DNA of 64,000 nucleotides, from the NCBI GenBank assembly GCA_051294375.1, contig CM119265.1, positions 2,270,311 through 2,334,310 of the forward strand. Direction: 5' to 3'. The DNA comes from Paraspadella gotoi (taxonomy: Eukaryota; Animalia; Chaetognatha). The translations under genes and the position numbers were made by a program. The notes below the pieces were generated by a model. The model worked only from the letters and a program-made list of their open reading frames with translations. It ran no database searches and was not told the origin of the DNA. Below, piece after piece: positions 51,391 through 61,250 of the stretch (its first letter is position 1; each line of letters starts with the position of its first letter).

Positions 51391-53410
51391 ACGACCAACA
51401 CGCGCATCGGGGGAGAGAGTATTATCGTTGAGCATAGAGAATCCGGTTCACGCAATTTCTCAGTTGTTGTTCCTCTTCTCCATTTGTTCTTTGTCCTTCC
51501 CGTCTTTGTAGGTCTGTCCTCTGTCTTATTGTGTCTTTTCCTTTCCGTCTTTGTCATTCATCCTTTGTCTATGTTGTCTTTGTCCTTCGCACGTCATTTG
51601 TCATTCCATCCTTTGTCTCATTTGTCTTTGTCTTCCCGTAAGTTGTTTCCATCTTTGTTCTCATTTGTCTGTTGTCCTTCCCGTTATTTGTCTTCCAATC
51701 CTTTGTTATTTGTCTCTTCCTTCCCTCTGTTCATTCCATCCTTTGTCTCATTTGGTCTTTGTCCTTCCGTTCATTTGTCCTTCCGTCCTTTGTCGCATTT
51801 GTCTTGTTGTCCTCTCCCGTCATCGAGTCCTTGTCCTTCTGTCTCATTTGTCTTTGTCCTTCCCGCATTTAGTTATTCCATCGTTTTGCTCTCATTTGTC
51901 TTTGTCCTTTCCGCATTTGTCATTCCATCCTTGTCTCATTTGTCTTTGTCTCTTCCCGTCTTTGTCATTCCGTCCTTTGTTCATTTGTCTTTGTCCTTCC
52001 CGTCATTTGTCATTCTGTCCTTTTTTCTCATTTGTCTTTGTCCTTCTATTTGTCATTCCTCCTTTGTGCTCATTTGTCTTTGTCCTTCCGTATTTGTCTT
52101 CGTCCTTGTCTCATTTTGTCTTTGTCCTTCCCGTCATGTTGTCATTCGTGTCTCTGGTCTCATTGTCCTTTTGTCCTTCCCGTCATTGTCATTCCATCTT
52201 TGTCTCATTTGTCTTTGTCCTCCCGTCATTTGTCTTCCATTCCTGTTTGTTCATTTGTCTTTGTCCTTCCCGTATTTTGTCATTCCATCCTTTGTTCATT
52301 TGTCTTGTGTCCCTTTCGTCATTTTGTCATTCCATTCCTTTGGCTCATTTGTCTTGTCCTTCCGTCATGTTATTTCTGTCTGTTTGTTTCATTTTGTCTT
52401 TGTCCTTCCGTCATTTGTCATGTCCGTCCTTTTTTCATTTGTCTTTGTCCTTCCCGTCATTGTCATTCCGCCTTCTTCTCATTTGTCTTTGTCCTTCCCG
52501 TATGTGTCATTCTGTCCTTCGTGTTCTCTTTGCTTTGTCCTTCCGTCATTTGTTCACTCTGTTCTTTGTCTCATTTGTCTTTGTTCTTCCCGTCATGTGT
52601 CATTCGTCCTTTGTATCATTTGTCTTGTCCTGTCCTATGTTCATTCTTGTCTTTGTCTCATTGTCTTTGTCCTTCCCCGTCATGTGTCACGGCTGTCCTT
52701 TGTCTATTTGTCTTTGTCCTTACGTCATTTGTCTTCCGTCCTATTGCTCATTGTCTTTTGTCCTCCGTCATGTCTCATCTGTCCTTTGATTCTCATGTTG
52801 TCTTATTGTCCTTCCCGTCAGTGTTCATTCTGTCCTTTGTCTCTTTGTCTTTGTCTTCCCGTCATGTGTCACTCTGTCCTTTGTCTATTTTGTCTGCTTC
52901 CGTCATTTGTTCCGTCCTTTGTCGTCATTTGTCTTTGTCCTTCCGTCATTTTCTTCCATCCTTTGTCTCATTGTTTTGTCCGTTCCCTCATGTGTCTTCT
53001 GTCCTTTGTCTCATTTGTCTTTGTCTTCCCGTCATTTGTCATTCCTCGTTTGTCTCATTTGTCTTTGTCCGTCCCGTCATGCATTTGTCCTTTGTCTCAG
53101 TTGTCTTTGTCCTTCCGTCATTTTTCATTCCCATTCCTTTGTCTCATTTGTCTTTGTCCTTCCCAGTCATTTGTCATTTCGTCCTTTGTCTCATTTGTCT
53201 TTTCCCTTCCGTCATTTGTATTCTGTCCTTTTTTTTCATTTGTCATTTTGTAAATTTTTTTACTTCGTTCTGGTTTCTCATTCTATCTCAATTGTCACTT
53301 CTTCTTTGATTAATCAGTTCATCATTTACTCAATATATGTCAAATTTGTTCGTTCGGCTCATAATTGTATATTTTTTCTCATTTCATTGCGACTGTTTTT
53401 TTTTTCTTTA
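51391..53410 (+). mobile_element. Dispersed element with expanded 46-bp VNTR (~39 units, 51465..53250)
   Basis: (GA)n, then head ACGACCAACACGCGCATCGGGGGAGAGAGTATTATCG...CCGGTTCACGCAATT, then tandem GTCTTTGTCCTTCCCGTCATTTGTCATTCCGTCCTTTGTCTCATTT units, then a shared AT-rich tail. The same head and tail occur at 30790..31268 and 49611..50070. Confidence 0.7.
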
Positions 53411-53508
53411 TCTTCTTAGTCTAATATCTATCCCCTTTCCCCCGCCACCTAAACGCCCACCTTCCCACCAACCCAAACCCACCTAAAACCACCCAAAACC
53501 CACCCACG

Positions 53509-53639
53509 ATGACGGTGACCTACGTCAACGAACTTTCAACTTCGCAATTCGGGGTTTTGTGGAAATTGATTTTCCGGTGGCGAGCGAGCGTTTATAAGTT
53601 GGTCTGGAGAGAACTCGTCATTTACTGCATCGTTTACGG
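53509..53639 (+). CDS. BEST: Bestrophin (Ca2+-activated anion channel), first coding exon; rest of gene not found in window
   Basis: Encodes MTVTYVNELSTSQFGVLWKLIFRWRASVYKLVWRELVIYCIVYG, the bestrophin N-terminal signature MTVTY...LLxxWRGSxYKL...E. Ends at a phase-2 donor GTAAGA (53640). Too short for the ORF track. Confidence 0.93.
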
Positions 53640-53986
53640 GTAAGAGGTTGTTGNNNNNNNNNNNNNNNNNNNNNNNNNTAAAAAATTATGGTCAGAGGAA
53701 CGATGACTAACGAACATTACTAAACCGATTGTTTAAATTTACAAAAAAAACCTGATTGCTATCAGACTGCTTCGCTTACACAAGCATCAATTAAAACGTT
53801 AAAAACCGTTTTGTTTACGGCGCAACAAAACGAAAGAAAAAAAAACATATTTTTTAGGAAGTTAATATATAATTCGAATCATTAATCGAAAAAAAAATCA
53901 GGCAACTTAACTTTCTGGAAACCTGAGACTCTCTCTCATTCTCTCTCCTCCATCTCTTTCTCTACTCTCTCTCTCCTCCTCTCTCG

Positions 53987-54039
<53 letters not shown>

Positions 54040-54183
54040 CCCACATCAAACTTCAACCAATCCTCCCGACTTCACCTCAAACCTCTTCTAATATCTACCC
54101 CTTTCCCCGCCCACCTAACGACGCCCACCTTCCCAACCAAACCACAAAACCCACCTAAAACCACCCAAAAACCCAAACCACGC

Positions 54184-54342
54184 ATGACGGTGAACCTACG
54201 TACAAACGAACTTTCCAAACTTCGCAAATTCGGAGACGGTTTCAATATGTGGAAATTGATTTTCCGGCTGGCGAATAGGCGAAGCGTTTTATAAGTTGGT
54301 CTGGAGAGAACTCGTCATCGTCATTTACTGCATCGTTTACGG
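54184..54342 (+). pseudogene. Frameshifted second copy of bestrophin exon 1 (probably error-rich read duplicate rather than true pseudogene)
   Basis: Colinear with 53509..53639 and with the same donor and flanks, but 159 vs 131 nt because of scattered small insertions. It lies just across a 25-N gap. Confidence 0.6.
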
Positions 54343-54612
54343 GTAAGAGGTTGTTGTTGTTGTTGTTGTTGTTGTTGTCCCTGTCGTACCCCACCCAATG
54401 GAAATTTCCCTTGCCCTCTAGCGAACGAAACGAAAAACAAACAAAACAAAAAACGTAAACAAAAATCCATTTCTGTTAATTCCTGAACGTATTCACAACT
54501 TTGTTTCCAAACCCATAAACCCAATCCGAAATCACGAGCCTTCATCCTGGGGATAGGATACTTAGTGGGCTGAAGACGTCTATCACTATCTTCGGTGCCC
54601 TCTCTTGCAGCC

Positions 54613-54672
54613 ATGGAACGGGTCATGGAACGGGTCATGGAACGGGTCATGGAACGGGTCATGGAACGGGTC
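54613..54672. repeat. 12-bp tandem repeat x5
   Basis: ATGGAACGGGTC x5, perfect. Confidence 0.95.
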
Positions 54673-57314
54673 CTGGGCTTGGATCCAGAGTTGAGGGTTT
54701 TCCACGTCCCCAAGGGGGTTTACTGTCCTGGAGCTTCCCGAAGGTTGGGGATAATTGGGTACCATTGGGGATTATTCATGGGGGATCATAGGGGATCATG
54801 GGGGGTCGTGGATCATCCCGGTACCTGATGGTCATGATCTGACGATATTACTCAATGAGCCACAGGATCATGACTGAAGGGTACAAGCTTATAGGCGGAG
54901 AGAACCGAAACCCTAAGTTCCTAACCCTAACCTAACGTACATACTAACTTTATTATGAATTTAATATAAGTTTTATGCCTCATTGTTGTTGTTGTTGTCG
55001 TCCTTTTTTAGTCTTCGCTAATATCGTCGTTCTAGTTTTCTTCGTCATCGTCGTTTGTCGTCATCATCGTCTTTTTCTCTGTCATTCCTTTAGTCGTTGT
55101 CATCGTCGTCGTCATTGTCGTCGTCGTTGTCGTTGCCGTTGTTGTTTCAACGAAAAACTCATTAAAAGTTTTGACGGTTGGTCTGTCTGTCCGTCTGTCT
55201 GTCTGTCTGTCTGTCGGTTCGTCAGTTTTTTTTGTCCGTCGCCTTCACGGCTGGTTCTTGTAGACTAACATTTTTTTCTTTTTTTNNNNNNNNNNNNNNN
55301 NNNNNNNNNNNNNNNNNNNNNNNNNNNNNNNNNNNNNNNNNNNNNNNNNNNNNNNNNNNNNNNNNNNNNNNNNNNNNNNNNNNNNNNNNNNNNNNNNNNN
55401 NNNNNNNNNNNNNNNNNNNNNNNNNNNNNNNNNNNNNNNNNNNNNNNNNNNNNNNNNNNNNNNNNNNNNNNNNNNNNNNNNNNNNNNNNNNNNNNNNNNN
55501 NNNNNNNNNNNNNNNNNNNNNNNNNNNNNNNNNNNNNNNNNNNNNNNNNNNNNNNNNNNNNNNNNNNNNNNNNNNNNNNNNNNNNNNNNNNNNNNNNNNN
55601 NNNNNNNNNNNNNNNNNNNNNNNNNNNNNNNNNNNNNNNNNNNNNNNNNNNNNNNNNNNNNNNNNNNNNNNNNNNNNNNNNNNNNNNNNNNNNNNNNNNN
55701 NNNNNNNNNNNNNNNNNNNNNNNNNNNNNNNNNNNNNNNNNNNNNNNNNNNNNNNNNNNNNNNNNNNNNNNNNNNNNNNNNNNNNNNNNTCTCCTCCTCT
55801 CTCCTCTCTCTCTCTCTCTCTTGCTCTCTCTCTCTCTCTTTTCATCTCTATCCTTCAATCGAGACGAAACCAAATGAGCGAAATTAAGACTTCAAGGGAG
55901 GTAGAGAAGATAAGAATATAGAGAGGTAGGGATTAGAAAAGAGAATAGATAGGCGGAGAAGATGAGAGAAGAAATAGGGAATAGAAAAGAGAAATAGAGG
56001 GGTTGAGAATATATACGAAAAGAAAGAGTTGGAATCTAAAAAACGAATCTTAGGAAAAAGTAAATGACAATCGAGAAAAATCTTCCATTTAATAAAAAGC
56101 AATCAATGAATCTCAAAAGCAATCAGTCGAGATTGGGCTCGTCAAGCCGAAGGCAAGCAAATCTGTGAATCAAGCTAATGAGATAAAAATGAAGGAAAAT
56201 CCTAAGAAAGAAAAAAAAAACCAACTTGAATTCCTTTGAGGCGACGAAAGAATCTGATTGGTTGTCGCCTCTCCAGGCTCGACCAATCAGAAGCGAAAAC
56301 GTTGCCGCCAATTAAAAAGATGAATTGTTCGAGGATAAACAATCTTCTTAAATTAAGAAGATTAAGACTTAATAAAACAAACAAAAAAAGGCGGGATAGA
56401 TTGAAATGACGAGAGTAAAATAATCAAACGGTTTCCCAGCAATATAATGATAATACGAATTGAACTGCAATTACATCAAACATTTTACATGTTGCATTAT
56501 TATCTCGTAAATGGGATTGATAGCCTGTCAAAAGTCAGAGGCAAGATCGAATTTGCACTGAAAATTATAATTTCCTGAAAAAATTAACAATTAACAATCT
56601 AAAAAAAGGGCCAAGAAGAAAAGACATGTATAAAAAGAATAAAAAACAAACTTATCCATCCGTCCATTCGTCCATCCGTCCATCCGTCTATCGGTCTATC
56701 CGTCCGTTCGTCTGTTCATCCTTATCTCCATTCGAGGACCGTATGCTTCGCTCTGTTTACTTCCTTTTTAGCTCATTACTAAAAATGAAATTCGTAATTA
56801 CTTAAAAAAAAAGACTAAAAAAAAAAGACTCATTTCAAGTTTCTGCTCGAGTCGGTTGTCTCTCTCTTCCCATTAATGGTGAAGGGAAAGGTTGTAACGT
56901 CTCTCNNNNNNNNNNNNNNNNNNNNNNNNNTCTCTCCTCTTTCTTTCCTTTTCTTTCTCTTCTTTCTTTCTTTCTTTCTTCTTTCTTCTTTCTTTCTTTC
57001 TTTTCTTTCTTTCTTTTTTGCTTTCTTTCTTTCTTTCTTTCTTTCTTTTCTTTCTTTCTTTCTTTCTTTCTTCTTTCTTTCTTTGGCTTTTCTTCTTTGC
57101 TTTTTTCTTTCTTTCTTTGCTTCTTTGCTTCTTCTTTCTTTTCTTTCTTTCTTTCTTTTCTTCCCCACCGAATTATTCTTACTTCTTTACGTTCTCACCA
57201 AATGTAAAGAAAATCCTTCCTTATTTCCCAATACACAAGATCTAGTTTTCAAGTTCGATCCTTTCAATTTTTCATGTTTTTTTAAAAAAAAAATAAGTTG
57301 ATTTTTTTTGGTTA

Positions 57315-57412
57315 AATATGGGGAGGCTGGGGCTTTTAAGTGCGGGGGTTAATATGGGGTTTAGCAAACAAAATCCAAAAATTATTTGTGAACACGTTGT
57401 TGGCCGCCACTG
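57315..57412 (+). repeat. Isolated partial monomer of the 180-bp satellite
   Basis: AAATATGGGGAGGCTGGGGCTTTTAAGTGCGGGGGTTAATATGGGG followed by a degenerate left IR arm. Confidence 0.8.
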
Positions 57413-59404
57413 CGGCGCCACCAAAAAGCCGTTAAAAAAATTATTTTTTTATATAAAAAAAAGGGAGTTTGGAGATGCGCAAACTCTCGACCTAGATGAC
57501 GAACAGTCGCCCTGGCTTTCGCCGCGTAAAAAGCACTGTGAAAATTCCGTTTTTTATTATAAAAAAAAAGAGGTTTGGAGATGCGAACTCTCGACCGTAG
57601 ATGACGGAAAGTCGCCCCTTTCCTTTACCATTGAACCAAAAAAATTAAGCGATTGAGGACGGTTAAAACAATTCCACTAATGATAATTTTCGGTAATTTT
57701 TTATATTATTTCAATTTGTAAATGTAAATTTTCGGAATAATAAGACTTTATTTCTTTACTAAAATCTGCCGTTTCGATTCCTTGTTCAGGTTGGTTTTCA
57801 CTAACCCTTAAATATAATAAAGAAGTTTGAGCAAACAATGTCGGATCTCCCTCCGATTAAATTAATAATAATTCGGAATAATTTATTATTATTTTAATTT
57901 TAATATGTAATAATTAATTTTAAATTTATATCAAACTTATTTCATCATCATGTCCTTAAAAAATTGGGTTAGGCAGTATTAAAATATGGTTGTTAATTTT
58001 TTATCAAAACAAAAACAAATATCCTTTATTTTTATTTATGTCTCCTTTCTTTCTCTCTCTCACTCTCTCTCTTCTTTCTCTCTCTCTCTCTTCTCTTTTT
58101 ATACAATTGCGAGACGGATCTTTTGCTTTTAAGATTTTTTTACTTGCATGCATTTTTTTTCACATTTAATTAATTAATTAATTAATTAAAACATTTTATT
58201 AAGTAATATTAATATAAGATTTCAAGTTTTTCTCTCAACTTCATTTTCACTGGCACCATTCCGTCAAACTTTATATAATAATTATATATTAATAAAATAT
58301 TTAAAATCTTCAGTGCAAACAACCAATGAACTAATTCAAAACGTTCATTAAAATCGATTTAGTAGTAAAAGGAAAAAAAAATTTTTAAGGAGAACTAGAA
58401 GTTATTTAAAAGTGTTCAATTTTTGGCCCGCTTACTATATTTAGGGGAACGGTGAAAAACTAAAAGTTTTTAAATTTTTGCTATCAATTTTTTTATAGTT
58501 CTGATTAGGCTTTTAAAAGTTAGAATAACGGTTAATTAATACAACTTTTTTAAAATTTTTTGTTTTATTAATAAAAATTTAAAAAAATAAATTCAGCCAA
58601 TAATTGATGATGATTGATTGTTTTTTAAGGTTTTTCTATTTTTAACCAATTATTGTAAAAAATTTGAGAAAAAAAAATGATAGTACTTAAACTTTTTCAT
58701 TTAAAACTTTTTAAGCTCTACACGGAACCAGTTCTTAAAAAAATCACTTTTTAAAATTTTTTGTTCATTTTATATTTAAAATATTTTAAAGTTTCGTGCA
58801 AAACCAATGATTAATTCAAAAGTTATAGGTAATGTATGTCATTTTTTCATTAACCATGTCACTCGTACATCACCGAAACTTTTTATTCAAGCTCGTTACA
58901 TTTTTCTACCCACACAAAAAAATTTTGAACTTCAATCTATCATCAATTGATTAATTAGAGTATATGGTTAAAAAATAAGTAAAAATATTTTAGAAATTGC
59001 AATTTATGTTTTTTCTTTAATCTCATTTCCACTACTGATTTCCGTCGAAATTTATCTCCAGGCTTTATTTCAACACTTTCTTACAGCCCAATCACGAGTA
59101 TTGGAGCTTTTGCTTAAGGTGGGGAGCATGGACGGGATTGATTTGACTGATTAATTAAATTATGATATTAATTGGATATTGAATGAATTACTGAATTAAT
59201 TATTGATTTATTAATACATTCCTGCTTACATTTAATATAAAAAGTAAAAAGAATCATAATAATTAGTGGAAACAGGTTTTTTGTTTTTTCATTTTAAACT
59301 CATTTCCATCAAAGATTCCATTCGAACACTTGTTCCTGTTCACCGCACACTTTTTTACTTCACATTTACAATTCCAGGTCCAATCGAAATTAATGTTAAT
59401 AAGC

Positions 59405-59780
59405 TAACTTGGTCAACTTGCATAATCTTAATCCAAACTTGCCCATAATTGGATTTCAACTGACATTAATTGTTAACTGACATAAATTTGGTTCTTAGCT
59501 GACATAATTTGGTCAACTGATTAATTTGTCAACTTTGACATAATTGATCATTTAAGATAATTTGGTCACCGGGCATAATTTGGTCACTAGCATAATTTTT
59601 ATCAACTGTCCGAATGTCACACTGGCATAATTTGGGTCAAAAAGGCATTAAATTTGGGTCAACTTGCCAGAACTTGATCAACTTGGCAGAATTGGTCAAC
59701 TGGCATAATTTGGTCAACTTTTAAGGAATTCTTGCGTCAACTGGCATATTTTTGGTTAAATTGGCCATAATTTGGTCATC
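59405..59780. repeat. ~18-bp minisatellite
   Basis: Degenerate GGCATAATTTGGTCAACT units. Confidence 0.8.
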
Positions 59781-60189
59781 CATCAATTCAATAACTCAAT
59801 CAAATCATCATCAATCAATTCCAATCAATCAATCATCATCAATCCAGAGAAATAGAGAGAGAGAAAACCTTTTAAAATTTTCAAATAAATGTGTCTTTTG
59901 GTTTTTCTTATTTGAACTCTTTTTCCACTCCTACGATTCCATCAAAAAATTTATATCCAGCTATATCCATTACTTTCTACCCACACAACAAAATTTCAAT
60001 TTCGATTATCTATTCAATTTTTTTATAAACATATAATTTTGAGTAATTTAAGTAAAAATCTCAAGTAAAATATGACTTTGTTTTTTCCATTTTAACTTCA
60101 TTTTTCCACATCGCACAATTCCATCAAGACTTTATATTTCCAGCTCAATCAACACCACTGTTCCGTACCATCATTACAAAATTTCAATC

Positions 60190-60592
60190 AGTTGCCCTAT
60201 CCACTCATGAGCAATTTGGCGTTCAAAATGTGAAATATATTTTTTGTTTTGTTCCATTTAAACCCAATTTCCACTCGCCACTATTCCCTCGGAAACTTCA
60301 TATCATCCCGATCACCCACAGTTTCCTACCCACACACAAATTTTCATTCCATCCTTCCATCCCAATCACGAATAATTGGAGTTTTTTTGCTAACGTGGGA
60401 CGGACGGACCGGACGGGACGGACGGACGGCGGACATCGTTTTTGCATCAATTATCACTTAATTCGATGTTTCTTTGACCATTGATATAAAGTCGGTGTGC
60501 CCGCCCCACAATATTGAGGGGGGCGGACCGACGGACCGACCAAAAGTGAATTATAGAGTCGGATTCTGCTGATTACGCAGATCCGACTAAAA
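60190..60592 (-). mobile_element. Helentron/HINE-like element, family A (inverted copy); degenerate internal repeats extend back to ~58300
   Basis: The reverse complement matches 21788..22150 (GTGAATTATAGAG-hairpin-CTAAAAA, (GGAC)n, TTTGGCGTTCAAA). Segments such as TTCTACCCACACA recur at ~58905, ~59975 and ~60325. Confidence 0.6.
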
Positions 60593-60599
60593 AATTCCA

Positions 60600-61250
60600 A
60601 GCCCCAGCCTTCCCCATATTTTTTAGGATAGAAAAAAAAAAGAAAATTTAAAACTTTGTGACACAGATGGCGCCCCACTTGGACGTCAAACACATCCCCT
60701 AGAGAACTCTGTGATTCAGTGGCGCCACTCTGTGTCCAAAGTTAAAAAATTTATTTCTTTTTTGTATTCTAAAAAATATGGGATGTGTGACGGTCAGTGG
60801 GGCGCCACTCCGTTCACAAACAGTATTTTTGAAGCTTAATCCCCAATTTAACCCCCGCACTAAAAAGGCCCCAGCCTCCCCATATTTTTTAGAATACAAA
60901 AAAAAAGGAATTTAAAACTTTGTGACACAGAGTGGCGCCCACTGACGTTCAAACATTCCCGAGAGAAACTCTGTGTCAGTGAGGCGCCACTCCTTGTGTC
61001 ACAAAGATGAAAATTCATTCTTTTTGTATCTAAAAATATGGATGTGACGGTCAGTGGGCGCCCACCCTCCGTGCTGTCACAAACCCGTATTTTTTCGTGA
61101 TTAATCCCCATATTTAACCCCCGCACTATAGCCCCAGCCTTCCCCATATTTATAGTACAAAATATAAAATTTGGAGTTTCTTCTAAGGGATGGTGTTGAC
61201 GGTCATGGTGGGCGCCAACTCTGTGTCACCACAAGATGAAATTCATCTTT
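60600..61250. repeat. Rearranged, mixed-orientation derivative of the satellite (~270-bp unit x2)
   Basis: Alternating reverse and forward monomer segments, with the same junctions repeated twice. Confidence 0.8.

Noticed and set aside
51349-53253. 634-aa ORF and overlapping 412- and 425-aa ORFs
   Set aside because: The 46-bp unit contains no TA dinucleotide or TGA on the + strand, so all three frames stay open by composition. This is not evidence of a gene.
54184-54342. True bestrophin paralogue
   Set aside because: Differences are almost all small insertions and the flanks are duplicated across a 25-N gap, the profile of raw read error.
56253-56291. Inverted CCAAT pair (TCTGATTGGT...ACCAATCAGA) as a promoter
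   Set aside because: No identifiable gene start lies nearby, and it could equally be a transposon remnant.
54343-60000. Bestrophin exon 2
   Set aside because: I found no phase-compatible segment encoding the expected YR...FE...IP.SFVLGFYV region. It may lie in the 55286..55789 gap or outside the window.
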